Below, piece by piece: positions 25,951-42,373 of a DNA stretch of 64,000 bases (position 1 is the first letter of the stretch; each line of letters opens with the position of its first letter). The notes beneath the pieces are model-generated. The model was given only the letters and a program-made list of their open reading frames with translations. It did no database searches and was not told where the DNA came from. Source of the DNA: Octopus vulgaris (lineage: Eukaryota); contig OX597831.1 in assembly GCA_951406725.2 (NCBI GenBank), positions 44,454,001 through 44,518,000 on the forward strand. Direction: 5' to 3'. A program made the position numbers and the translations under genes.

Positions 25951-26137
25951 ATGAAGCTAAGGCTAAAGAATGAAGTGAGGCAGGCAGAGATATGCAGAAT
26001 TTATGGGTATTCTGCAGATATAGGTTGAATGTTGGGGGAGGGTACGAAGGCAATCAAATGGTAAGTCCTAGCTATTAAGAAATTGTAGTGTTATGCGCAA
26101 TTGACTTATCAATTGGAAAGATGTAGGATGTTGTTTT

Positions 26138-26448
26138 ATATACGAATATGTTATACAGGATGTGGAGACTACTTTTAATATGTGGACATGTTTTCCTGGA
26201 AAGGAAACACCTGGTGGTAATAGTAGTGCACTACTTATCATTAAGGAGCTCAAAGAAAGATGGGGTTATATACTAGACTTTGCCTAGTACCGAGTTAGAG
26301 GAGATATACGAATATGTTATACAGGATGTGGAGACTACTTTTAATATGTGGACATGTTTTCCTGGAAAGGAAACACCTGGTGGTAATAGTAGTGCACTAC
26401 TTATCATTAAGGAGCTCAAAGAAAGATGGGGTTATATACTAGACTTTG
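26138..26448. repeat. 145-bp direct duplication with a 21-bp spacer
   Basis: 26138-26282 equals 26304-26448; no mismatch seen by eye. Confidence 0.9.
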
Positions 26449-26774
26449 GAATTTATATAGGTGGTGTTGATATTATTTTATTATATTATAGTGTAATTGC
26501 CATTGTGTTAATCAGGTAATGCACCTCTGGACAATAGTCGTGGGTAAGAGGTTTGGATAGTGTGTTTCATCTATCATTTAACATGCACAGCACAAATAAC
26601 TGTATCTAGGTATAAGGAGTGGAAAATGGAGCATTTTCCTATTGCCTGTTCATTAAAATGTTCATTTACTTTTGTTTTATTCATTCATTTGTGTTGTACT
26701 CTGTATTTAGTAGCCCTTTTCTTGTGTTGAATGTCTGTTAGTAAACCATTCCACTTTATTTCTTTTGTTTCTAG

Positions 26775-26904
26775 TCAATGAGCATCAATTCACTAACTTC
26801 CCCATGAGTGCCAAGGCCAAGAGAGCTTTTAGCTTCCAACAAGGGATCAATGGGTCCTCTCATCTGAATGTCTACGCCCTGAGATTGGCAGCTCAGCAGA
26901 CAAA
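26775..26904 (+). CDS. METTL25B: METTL25-family coding exon 6
   Basis: tttgtttctAG acceptor; NEHQFTNFPMSAKAK...YALRLAAQQT with the family FPMS motif; GTAAGA donor; phase 1->2. Confidence 0.88.
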
Positions 26905-27155
26905 GTAAGAAAAGTTCACATGAAAACTTTTTTTTAACCCTTGATACTTGTGTGTATATATGTGTATGTGTGCCTATGTAGTGGAGAGGATTTCAGTATA
27001 TCCACAAATATACATTTATTCATTCCTTCCATTTAATGTCCATTTTTCCATGGTAACATCATTAAAATGATGATGATGATGACGATGATGATCATCATCC
27101 TCCATTTTCATTTTATAAAACCCTTTAAAGTAATCAAATATTTTTATATTGTCAG

Positions 27156-27247
27156 AGGTCAGTGGATGAACCAAACAGAAGCTCAGTATGACTACTGTAA
27201 AAAGAATGTGACATTGCGAGGGTTGCTAGAAATCTTGTTTCTGAAAG
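27156..27247 (+). CDS. METTL25B: METTL25-family coding exon 7
   Basis: ttgtcAG acceptor; GQWMNQTEAQYDYCKKNVTLRGLLEILFLK; GTTAGT donor; phase 2->1. Confidence 0.82.
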
Positions 27248-28712
27248 GTTAGTTGTAAACATCCAGCATTATCTTAGAAAATGCTTCACCTTCTTTTATT
27301 ATGTTTTCTGCCTTAACGAACAAATCATTATCTTTATAACAAAGCTGGTTTTCTTGAATCTGTGTATGAGTATCTGTGTGTGTGTGTGTGTATGTGTAAT
27401 ATATATATATTTACTTTTTTACTCTTTTACTTATTTCAGTCATTTGACTGCGGCCATGCTGAAGCACCGCCTTTTACTCAAGCAAATCGACCCTAGGATT
27501 TATTCTTTGGAAGCCTAGTACTTATTCTTTCGGTCAATTTTGCCGAACTGCTAAGTTACGGGGACGTAAAGACCTCACCATCGGTTGTCAACAGGCAAAG
27601 TTGTTGATAAGAATTACCAACAAAAACAAAGCTGATAAATACACACAAGTGTTGCAAATTAAGTTTAATTACCAATAACCATCAGCTTAGATGACACTTT
27701 ATTCAACTGACAGAGGAAGGTGACTGATCAAACTGATTATGTAAACAGAATTTTTTTCCCACCTATTCTTGTTGGAATCTTTGATATGGAGTATCAAAAG
27801 TTTAACCCCTTCCACACTTATAAAATGTCAAGCAAACTTTAAAATTTGTCATTACCGTTATTGTCAGTATGAGCAGAACTTACAAATCATTTACTACGAA
27901 GGAGAAATTAAATATGTTGAATATGCATTTGAATGTGGCAATAGAGCCAATGTTTGAAATTGGTGTAAACAGTACAACAAACTTAAAACTGTGCCTAAAT
28001 AATAAACAGACAAAAATAAAAACATACTATCAACATTATATCATTACATTTTTTTTCAGTCAGGAATATTCATATCATTATGTATGTTAATGGTGCCCCA
28101 TTGTGATAGGTAGAAACTCGAAACAATGTAAAATATGGCCTGGACTGTGTTTACTAGCATGAACATCAGACTTCAAAAAATAGTTAACCAATTAATGGTT
28201 TTTAGTAAATTTATACAGAAAAGTAAGCATTATACCGTCAACTTCATATTTAAGCCATTATTTTTTTCTGTAAAAACCTTTTCTGACATTAAATGAGTCA
28301 AATGTTTACATTTTGTACATTTTTTTACAACCAAAAGAAATTCTGAAAACTATCTACTCATGTAATTTATACACCCTCTAAAGTTTATTTTTATTTTTGC
28401 AAAAAAATGTGCATAAATTACATGGGTTTTTATGGTAGATAAAATTATCTCATTCCATTTCTAGGAAGGGCCTCCCCACCACTCAATCTCCTAAATTCAT
28501 TTCCTACTTTTGTTTATGCTTAATCGGTAATGCTTTTCTATGTATTTATATATAACTAGCTTAAAAATTGCCCTATTAGGCGGCATTTTTTTTCTTCAAG
28601 ATCTCTGACAACTATATCTGGCCTATTGGCCTTAATTTCTCTATCTGCATGTATTGGCATTATTACTATTATTATTATTATTATTTAAGATTCTTTGTAT
28701 AATATTTTCCAG

Positions 28713-28820
28713 AGGGCATTGCTCAGTCAAAACAAGTGTGTCGTGTGAAAAAGAAGATCAATTATTCGACAGCTGAGGCTTACATTGATGCTGTACTTTC
28801 AAATATTCAAGATATTGCAG
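28713..28820 (+). CDS. METTL25B: METTL25-family coding exon 8
   Basis: ttttccAG acceptor; GIAQSKQVCRVKKKINYSTAEAYIDAVLSNIQDIA; CAG|GTAATT donor; phase 1->1. Confidence 0.8.
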
Positions 28821-29067
28821 GTAATTTCTCCATTCTTTCTTTTATTTCTCCATTCTTTCTTTTATTCTTTAACTTTTTTCAGTCATTTGACTGTGGCCAT
28901 GCTGGAGCACTGCATTAAAGGGTTTTTAGTCAAAGAAATCGAGCCTAGTACTTATCCTATCAGTCTATTTTGCCAAACTGCTAACTTACAGGGACGTAAT
29001 CACACCAACACCGGTTGTCAAGCAATGGTGGGGATGAGCAAACACAGACACACACACACTTAAATAT

Positions 29068-29445
29068 AGGCGCAGGAGTGATTGTGTGGAAAGAAGCTTG
29101 CTTCCCAACCACATGGTTCCGGGTTCAATCCCACTGCATGGTACCTTAGGCAACTGTCTTATACTATAGCCTCAGGCCAACCAATGCTTTGTAAGTGGAT
29201 TTGGTAACTGAAAGAAGCACGATGTTTGTGTGTCTGTGTGCCTGTGTTTAAGCCCTCATCATCACTTGACAACCGATATTTGTGTGTTTACTCCCCCATA
29301 ACTTAGCAGTTCAGCAAAATAGACCAATAGAATAAATACTAGGCTCACAGAGAATAAGTCCTGGGGTCGATTTCTTTGACTAAAGGCTGTGCTCCAGCAT
29401 GGCCACCGTCAAATGACTGAAACAAGTAAAAGAGTAAAAGAGTAA
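29068..29445 (+). mobile_element. Full-length tRNA-derived SINE (dominant family)
   Basis: Head ggcgcaggagtg..tgtgtgg...ccgggttcaatcc; tail tgactgaaacaagtaaaagagtaaaagag; other copies at 37816-38245, 46535-46950, 50835-51276(-), 51705-52052(-), 59140-59526 and 62559-62850(-). Confidence 0.85.
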
Positions 29446-30096
29446 ATCAAATCAACTCTAAGGTGATGAACTTGCAGAATTTTTAGCACACCGGGCAAAT
29501 TGCTTAGTGGCATTTCATCTGTCTCTACCTTCTGGGTTCAAATTCCACTAAAGTCGACTCTGCCTTTCATACTTTCGAGGTCGATAAATTAAGTACCCAT
29601 TGAGCATTAGTGTCAATTTAACTGACCTTTTCCTCTGACCTTGTGCCAAAATTTGAAAGCAATAATTAAATCAACTCTGCAATTTGATTTAGGTTTTTAG
29701 ATGAAGTGATTTAATTCCTCTTACGCTGCCAAATTTCTTGGAAGATACATAAACATCACAGCACACCATTTCTCATTTCATGAGTCTGTCAGATCTATCA
29801 CCAGCCAGTGTGCTGTAGCCATCAAAGTTCTCTTAATATCTTGCATTTTAAAGACTTACAGCAACTATTCTACAATAACTGAAACCCATTTTATGCTAAG
29901 TTAACTTGTGCTTTGCCCAAGACATAATACACTGCCCAGACAGGGAGCTGAACTTGCAACCTTATCATCATGAGTCCAACAGCCTAACCACTCAGCCAAA
30001 CATCATCACATAGACCAACCTATACATTTGTTAAAAGACATGAGTATTTTGTGTATTCACTCACTTTCTGTAGCATGATTCACCCTTTAGCATTCA

Positions 30097-30359
30097 ATTA
30101 CAGATAAGTTCACCACCATCAGTTCAATGCATGGGAGTTTGCTGCTATCAATTCACCATGAACATTAGAGTTAAAAAATAAGGCTTTTTTATTCTTTTAC
30201 TGTGAACTTATCTCTGTGTAAACTATTTTTTGTGAACTTTCTTCACAGTGAATGTTCTTCGCAGTGAATGCTCCTTACGGTGAACTTTCCCCTGCAGTGA
30301 ATTGATAATGGTGAACTTTCCCAGCAGTGAACTGATGACAGTGAATTTACTGGACATGA
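30097..30359. mobile_element. MULE-like non-autonomous element inserted into a piggyBac-like MITE
   Basis: 9-bp TSD tagcattca at 30088-30096 and 30360-30368; internal gtgaact subrepeats. Confidence 0.6.
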
Positions 30360-30618
30360 TAGCATTCAGATTTCTTTGTCAAATTATTTCTTATTTGTTC
30401 TCATGGTTTTGAATTAGTCATATATTACATTGTAGCTTCAAGATTTCAACAGTGTGTTTGTATATTTTTAGAACAACATTGTATGATAGGTGTGAAAGAT
30501 AGGATCAGGTCAGTTTGAACATAAAACAGGTAGAATATTTGGGCTGGATGTGACTGAATTACAAGCTGAAGGCTCAATATTTTGATGTAATTTCTCTTCT
30601 ATTTTTATGAAATGTCAG

Positions 30619-30704
30619 AAGATCGTGCACATTACCTTAGCAAGGAGTTTCTCCAGCTATTCGCAGACAACCAGACTAATTTCCAGTTTATAGAACCAAT
30701 AACA
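30619..30704 (+). CDS. METTL25B: METTL25-family coding exon 9
   Basis: tgtcAG acceptor (NAGNAG); DRAHYLSKEFLQLFADNQTNFQFIEPIT; GTAAGT donor; phase 1->0. Confidence 0.78.
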
Positions 30705-31824
30705 GTAAGTTCTCTCTCTACTTTCTTTCAGAATTACTAAAATAAATTAAGTATCATCATCATCATCATCATCATCATCGTTTAATGTTCACTTTCCATG
30801 CTAGCATGGGTTGGACGATTTGACTGAGGACTGGCGAACCAAATGGTTGCGCCAGGCTCCAATCTGATCTGGCAGAGTTTCGACAGCTGGATGCCCTTCT
30901 TAACGCCAACCACTCCGAGAGTGTAGTGGGTAATTTTACATGCCACCAGCATGAGGGCCAGTCAGGCGGTACTGGCAATGGCCATGCTCAAATGGTGTTT
31001 TTTACGTGCCACCTGCACAGGGACCAGTCCAGCAGCACTGGCAACGACCTCACTCAAATGTTTTTCATGTGCCACCAGAACAAGTGCCAGTAAGGTGACG
31101 CAGGTAATGATCACGCTTGAATGGTGCTTTTTATGTGCCACCAGCACGGAAGCCAGTCAGCTGCTCTGGCAACGATCACGCTTGGATGGTGCTCTTAGCG
31201 CTCCACTAGCACAGATGCCACTCATCAAATTTGATTTCAATTTCATCGATTTGTTATTTTATTTTTATTGTTATGTTCAGAGTGCTTTGAACACCATCAT
31301 CATCATTTAATGTCCGTCTTCCATGCTGGCATTGGTTAGACAGTTTGATAGGAGCTGGCCAGCCAGAGAGCTAACCATGCTCAATTGTCTGTTTTGGCAT
31401 GATTGCTACAGCTGGATGCCCTTCCTAATGTCATCCACTCTACAGAGTAAACTGGATACTTTTTACATGATACTAGTGCAGGTGCTTTATACACAGCACC
31501 AGCACAGGTACCTTATATGTGACACTGGTACGGGTGCTTTATATATGGTACCAGCGCAAGTGATATATAAGTGGCATTTGCACAGGCGCTTTATGCATGG
31601 AACCGGCACAGGTGCTTTATCGTAAGAGAATATTTTTGGTTTTCTTACTTTAAGATAAGGCAGAAAGTTTTTCCAGTCTCCTTTCAATAAATGATAGGAA
31701 CAGTTGATTAAAGGTTTTTTTGTTGCATCTGAAATATGTCAAACTTCTATAATGATGGTTCTTTCTCATTTTTTTTTCTATGCCCTGCCATTAATCTGCC
31801 TTGTTTTACCTCTTTTTCTTCCAG

Positions 31825-31980
31825 TGTTTGCAGGTTTTGTTACAACCCGTTCTGGAAACCTTGATTCACTATGACCGTCTGGCCTTTCTCCAAGAAAATG
31901 GATGTCGAGCGTATTTGATACCATTGTTTAATGAACAGATTTCTCCACGAAATATCATAATTGTTGCAGAGAAGAAATGA
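31825..31980 (+). CDS. METTL25B: METTL25-family terminal coding exon 10
   Basis: tttttcttccAG acceptor; CLQVLLQPVLETLIHYDRLAFLQENGCRAYLIPLFNEQISPRNIIIVAEKK*, matching the family C-terminal ETLIxxDR...SPRN motif; total 1410 nt = 469 aa + stop. Confidence 0.92.
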   Translation, partial: CLQVLLQPVLETLIHYDRLAFLQENGCRAYLIPLFNEQISPRNIIIVAEKK

Positions 31981-32339
31981 AAATACATATTTCAGTTTTT
32001 TTATAGATCACTGTCACATACCATTTTGGTCTTGTCTTATGGAACTAACAAGTCAGTTTGAAAATTGCCGACTGACCAAATTGATTGGATGTGAGGCTGT
32101 CTTCAGAAGCATCCATTGTTTGTATCCTATCTTTGGTACCATGATGTGTCCTTCAGTGTCCTTTAGTCCATCAAAACCTGTTGCCTAAGAAGACTGATGT
32201 ACGCATACAACTAGAGATAATATCTCTCTTCCTCACCTCCCGTCTTTACCAGTCATCAACTCCAAGACCCTAACTGATCCACTATGGCAACAGACATTGG
32301 CCATCTCATCTCACCATGTAATGTTTTGATTGACAGATG

Positions 32340-32945
32340 ACTGCCAACACATATTTCCTCTCAAGGTACAGATGAACTTTGACTTCTCCGTGAGAGGGTT
32401 TTCCATCGTTTGACAGGTTTTAATCTTAATTCTACTGGTTGTCCACACATTCTGCCCGCTAAAGTGGACATAAGGGTGTGTGTATCCTTAAGGTCTCCTC
32501 CACTGGATACATTGAAACTTCGACGTCTGGCAGCTGACTTGGCAGACACCCATAAAATTATTAACCATCTTACTAACAATAACTCTGAGCACCTTTTCAA
32601 ACTCCACCTGTCTAACACCCGTGGGCAAGTTTACAAAGTCAGAAAACAGCACAGCTCCCATGACTTTCGGAAACATTGTGTCATGCTAAGAGTTGCTGAA
32701 GTATGGAACAGACTGCTGGCATCAGTTGTTAGTTGTCGGAGCACTGCATCCTTCAAAACTTCCATGATTCCTGAGATTTGCCAACACTACACCTGATTTT
32801 CTCCCCTCCATACACACGCAAGCATGTATCTGACTCATACACTGATCACTTCCCAGACATTTGTACATTACTGCATATGCTTTATATATTTGTACATTAC
32901 TGCATATGCTTTATATATTTGTACATTACTGCATATGCTTTATAC
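32340..32945 (+). mobile_element. CR1/L2-group LINE 3' fragment downstream of the methyltransferase stop
   Basis: LDTLKLRRLAADL...TRGQVYKV...RVAEVWNRL...SFK ORF2 C-terminal motifs; 29-bp x3 tandem duplication in the tail at 32859-32945. Confidence 0.85.
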
Positions 32946-33050
32946 AGTATAAGTGTTATATGTTTCAATAACTTACAGTACTGATTCTCATTTCCCATCC
33001 ATCCATCCATTTCTTCTGCCTACCATTCCTGGGATGGTTGTGAAGTTAGA

Positions 33051-33285
33051 GTCCTCAGACATCTCCTCCATGGGACCCTGTCCTCAGACACCTCCTCCAT
33101 AGGGTCCATTTCTTAGATACCTCCTCCATAGGGTCCAGTCCTCAGACACCTCCTCCATAGGGTCCAGTCCTCAGACACCTCCTCCATAGGGTCCAGTCCT
33201 CAGACACCTCCTCCATAGGTTCCAGTCCTCAGACACCTCCTCCATAGGGTCCAGTCCTCAGATACCTCCTCCATAGTGTCCAGTC
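33051..33285. repeat. 29-bp minisatellite, about 8 copies
   Basis: Unit gtcctcagacacctcctccatagggtcca at 33051, 33080, 33109, 33138, 33167, 33196, 33225 and 33254. Confidence 0.95.
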
Positions 33286-36200
33286 AGAAGCAACCATCAT
33301 TGGACTTTCCATTTGGATTCCCAGTAGTGACCAACCGAGATTATCAATATCATCCAACCATCTCCGTTTTGGTCTATCCCCATGCAATTGAATTTAATAA
33401 ATTATGTTTAAAACAGATCATCATAATTATTTTGTTGTGTCTTGGAAGGGTTGTTGCACCAATAATAAATGACACATGCACTGGTTCAGTATCACTTCTT
33501 ATTTGTTAATCAGTTGGTTGAATATCTAACCAACTAACTAATCAACCATTTTATTTAATGTGCTGGTTAAACAATCAATTGGTTGTTTGTCAGTCAAAGT
33601 TCTTTCATCGCAACTCACGACCTTTTCAGTGACTTCCCTCTCTCTCTCCAAGGTTTATTTTAGTCTGTCCAAGAACTGGTCTTATGCCTGTGTGAATGTA
33701 TGAAATATCTTAATTATAGTTTTAATGTCAACTTTCCCATACTTATTCTATCGGCTTCTTTTGCCAAATCGCTAAGTTACAAGGACATAAACACATGACC
33801 ACCAGTTGTCAAGCAGTGGTGTGGAACAAACACAGACACAACCCCCTGCCACACACACATACACAGCATCTGAAAGTTTTTAGTCGAAAAAATCGATCCC
33901 AGGACTTTTTTTTTTAAGCCTAATTTTCATTCTGTCAGTCTCGTTAACCAAACCGCTAAGTTATGGGGGCAAAACACACCAACACGGGTTTCAAGTAGTG
34001 GTGGGATATAAACACAAGGACATACACATATAGATAAATATATATATATATATATAGAATTAAGAGACAGAACCTCCATAAAGTAATTCAATTAATAATG
34101 AAAGATATTATCTATAATAAATTATAAATTTAAATATATTATTAATATTGTACTAAAAATTACTATACTAAATAATACACATTAAAACGACAACATGCGT
34201 TTCGTAATGATATATTTAAATCAACAATATCAAAATCGATAATCTCAAAGATTAATATTTCTTCGATCCAACGATCTTAATTCTACATATGTATAATATA
34301 TCGTGAAATTTGATTTAGTATTACTAAATTGAGTTTGTTTTCCCCTGTTGCCTTGGAATTTTATATTCCCTACTACAATTAATAATAATAATAATATATA
34401 TCTATATATATATATATTTTAAATATAGGATAAAATCTTTGTAATAATTTATCAAGTAGTTAGCATGAAAAACCTCATAAGGGAAAAATTTATTAATTAT
34501 TCCCTATAAATATATTTATTTATATTAAGGGCATTACTATACATAAATGCCTCATGCTAGGAGGGACTCTTAAAGTCAAAACTACTATAATAACCACTTT
34601 GTATAGTAATGCCCTCAATATAAATAAAATATATATATATATGATGGGCTTCTTTCAATCTCTCTCTACTAAATCGACTTGCAAGGCTTTGGTCAGCCCT
34701 AGGCTTTAGTAGAAGACACTTCCCCAAGGTGCATGCAGTGGGACTGAACCCGGAACCATGTGGTTGGGTGTCTGTCTATTTACATATATTGACATACTGG
34801 AGTATATGGCTATCTGCTCTGTTTGTATATTATCTGTCAGTATCTCTTTTGGTTCTTCCTTCTTTTTATCAACACACACACAAGTTGTTATCAGTATTGT
34901 GTATACTAACTTTTTCACACTCTCTTTTCCTCTTCCCTCTTTGAAGTTGTTCAATCTGACTAAAACTTTGATCTTGAAAAGTTTTTTTTAGTGACCCTCA
35001 TAATCTGTGCCATGCGTGAATGATTGTCTAGTAACATTTGTTGAAGCCTAATATAGTTTATAAAAGTGGACTAAAGTTTTTTGCTGTGATAACGGGAAGA
35101 CATTAAATGTTGTAGGAATGACCCTGTTCTTTGAGTGAGACGAAGGATTTTTTTTTACTTGAAAATGCTATGTAAAATGAGATCCTAAAACCATCTCAAT
35201 TACACAGTCATTCTTGCACCTAATATGTGTGTGTTTACGTTTGTTGTTAAATCAAGTATTGTGTCCCACTAGGTATCAAGGTTATCAGTTCATCAAGCAG
35301 AGATCTATAAAATAAATGCCAGATTGAAATACATACTGAGGTCAGTATGGTCAATTACATTTTTGAAGGTGATACTCCATCATGGCGACAGTCGTAAAAC
35401 TAAATCCAGTAAAATAATACTTAATGACTCAATGGCTTCATATTTAAGGTAATAGATTACTAACCACATGATAATGAGTTCAAAACTTCGTATTGAACTT
35501 CCACTCTATACAATGGCTATATGTACATCTCAGTGTACTTGACTTACAAAAATTAACAAGTTGAATCGTTAGCAGTAAGAAGGATGTTAAGATTTCTTAA
35601 AATATTATTGTGTAAAATATTCTGAGAAAAAGTAATTTTTTCACCACAACAAAATGCAGATACATCCACAGAGGTGTGTCTGTAGTAACTTGAGCTACTG
35701 CAAATAGCAGCCAAATCTCTATTAAAACACATACTTTCATCAGAAGAACACAGATTTACAGTATTTCAGGAAGAAAAAAAAAAAACTATGCAATGAGTCT
35801 GCTACATCAGAGGCAACTCTGGCCTAAACAAAACACAGACAAACATACTTCACATTGGAAGATTATCTTCTAAATAATACTAATAAAGTTGACTGTATAT
35901 CTCCGAAGTTACATTCCCTAGTAAAATTCCATATATTTTAAACATTTTCTTATTATGCTCAATCTAAGACATAAGAATTGTTCAGGCAGAGTTGCCTCCC
36001 TTAGCTAAAGACCTCAAAATTGTGCGACCTGACTTCATTTATGAGGTTATTTTTTTAGTAAAAAAGAGTTGTGCCAAAAACATACTTTATTTGGTAACCG
36101 AAAGATTGCTGAATCTTTTGATACCTTATACATCAAAATCAGCAACTCAGTTTTCGAATCCATAAGGAACATACCTGCACACACAAAAACTCTGTTTTAT

Positions 36201-37815
36201 ATATTAAGATTATAGATATAGATACATGAGTGAAAATCGAACCAGTGAGTGTGTTAGATAATAAGGCATTAAGACAATATGACTCTCCTCAGACACAACA
36301 TAAGTAGCTATTCTGTTTTGCTAATAAGTTGCATGGACATAAACAAAAACACAAGTTGTCAAGTAGTAGTGGAGGACAAACATAAAGATACACACAGACA
36401 GAGATATATACATGCATACATACATATTGTCAGTAGTTCATATATTCAAAAAAGAAGCTCACACTAAAAGATTAGAGCATCATCATCGTCGTCGTTTAAC
36501 ATCCACTTTCCATGCTGGCATGGGTTGGACAGTTTGACTGAGGACTGGTGAGCCAGAAGGCTGCACCAGGCTCCAGTTTGATCTGCCAAAGTTTCTACAA
36601 TTGGATGCCCTTTCTAATGCCAATCATTCCGAGAGTGTACTGGGTGCTTTTACGTGCCACTGGCACGAGGGCCAGTTAGGCGGTTCTGGCAACGACCACG
36701 CTCAAAAGGTGTTTTTTATGTGCTACTTGCACGGGAGCCAGTCCGACAGCACTGGCAATGACCTCGCTCCAATGTTGTTTTTCACGTGACACCAGCACAT
36801 GTGCCACTAAGGCAACGCTGGCAATGATCATGCTCAAATGATGCTTTTTACATGCCACCGGCATGGGAGCCAGTTCATGGCCCTGACAACAATCTGTTAG
36901 TGCAGGTGCCACTTAAAAGCACCTGGTACACACTGTAAAGTGGTTGGTGTTTGAAAGGGCATCCAGCTGTAAAAACCTTGCTAAAACTGACTTTGCCTGT
37001 GCTTGTGCCACGTAAAAAGCACTACTCACCTCACCTATGCTTGTGCTACGTAAAAAGCACTAAATTCACTCTGCTGAGTGGCTGGAGTTAGGAATGGCAT
37101 CAAGCTACAAAAACCCTGCCAAAACACAGAATCTAGTACAGGCTTCAGCCTGGCTGACTCTTGTGACACCATCCCACCTATGCTTGCATGGAACACGGAC
37201 ATTGAACAACAACGACGACTATTATTGTTATTATTATTATTATTATTTCAAAATATATTCAAACAATAGATAATTCAAGAGAAAACAGACTCAGATTACT
37301 GACTGAAAGAGTTTGAAATATGAAAATCAAAATAGAAAAAAATTGAGAGCCTTTCGGTTATAATACTGGCTTCAAATTTTGGCTCATAGTCACCAATTTC
37401 CAGGCAGGCAGTAAGTCGATAACGTCAAGTGCTTAACTGGTACTTATGTTATCAACCTTGTAACGATGAAAGCAATGTCAACCTCAACAGAATTTGAACT
37501 AACAATGTAAAGACAAATGAAATGGTACTAAGCATTTTGCCCAACATGTTAAGGACTCTTGTCTCCTTCCTCTCAGTTATAGTAATGGCTTCAAATCTTG
37601 GCACAAAGCCAGAAATTTCTGGGGAGGGAATACATTATTATATCAATACCAGTGCTTAACTGGTACTTATTTTATCGACCCTGAAAGGATGAAAGGTAAA
37701 GTTGACCTCAGCAGAATTTGAACTCAGAATGTAAAGACAGAGGAGATAGCACTAAACATTTTGCCTGGCATGCTAACGATTCTTGCCTCCTTTTCAATTA
37801 TTATATTGATGAATA

Positions 37816-38245
37816 GGCGCAGGAGTGGCTGTGTAGTAAGTAGCTTATGAACCACATGGCTCTGGGTTCAGTCCCACTGCATGGCACCTTGGACAAGTGT
37901 CTTCTACTATAGCTCAGGCCAACCACAGCCTTGTGAATGGATTTGGTAAACAGAAACTGAAAGAAGCCCGTCGTATATATGTATATATATAAGTGTGTGT
38001 ATGTGTCTGTTCTGTGTTTGTCCTTCCACCATCGCTTGACAACCAATGTTGGTGTGTTTATATCCCCGTAACTTAGTGGTTCGGCAAAAGAGACTGATAG
38101 AATAAGTACTGGGCTTACAAAGAATAAGTTGTGGGGTATTCCCTACCCAGAAATTCCTGGCTTTGTGCCAAAATTTAAAGCCATTACTATAAAAGAATAA
38201 GGCAGTGCTCCAGCATGGCCGCAGTCAAATGACTGAAATGAGTAA
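37816..38245 (+). mobile_element. Full-length tRNA-derived SINE with a short internal insert
   Basis: Colinear with 59140-59526. Confidence 0.85.
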
Positions 38246-38329
38246 AAAGAAAAAAAAAGAAATGCTCTATGTTTATGTATTGAATCAGGTAATTTATTGC
38301 TTCTTGGTGAATCAAAAAAAAATTCTACA

Positions 38330-41660
<3,331 letters not shown>

Positions 41661-42332
41661 ATCTTTATATATGTTGTTTTGTTTTTGTTTCTATTTTTCT
41701 GGATCGGCTTTTAAATGATAGCAATTTCTAGAAAGAATAAAAGGTAAAAAAAAAAAGTCATACAATACAATAATTTTTAATTTTAAAACAAAAGTCTTTC
41801 ATGCTAGTATTAATGTGTCATTTACGGTGGTGCTATCTTCACTTCGTTATCCAGTAAATCCATTTCATTAGTGGGACAGATAATTACTAATCATTTCAAA
41901 CCAATAAGATTCTTTTTCTCTATAAATATTCTTTTTTTTTTTCATCTTTTTGAGGTTTTTTTTTTCTTTTTCTAATAATGATAAATCACGCTGAAAATAT
42001 TTGTGCTGAAGTAGTTACTACCACCACCACCACCACCACCACCACCATCACCGACTACCACCACCATCATCACTGTTCCTGTAATTATAAACATTATCAT
42101 GATTAAGAAATACATTATCATAGGTTCTGTGGTTATGAAATTCACTTTGCAACTGTAAAGTTTTTGGTTCAGTTCCACCGTCTGGCACCTTGGGCAGGTG
42201 TCTTCTATTGTATAGCCTTGGGCTGACCAAAGACTTGTGAGTGGATTTCAAAGATGGAAACGGAAAGAAGCCTGTTATATATGCATGTATGTAGCATACA
42301 TACATATATATATGTATATATATAAATTTGTA

Positions 42333-42370
<38 letters not shown>

Positions 42371-42373
<3 letters not shown>

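Noticed and set aside
28100-28135. Further hammerhead fragments (ctcgaaacaatgta; also about 700-740, 34190-34205 and ctgatgagg at 51458)
   Set aside because: Only half of the core is present in each, which is expected by chance or too decayed to support
30616-30621. NAGNAG acceptor at exon 9 and an in-frame CAG 9 nt into exon 10
   Set aside because: Common features changing only 1-3 aa; usage cannot be judged without RNA data
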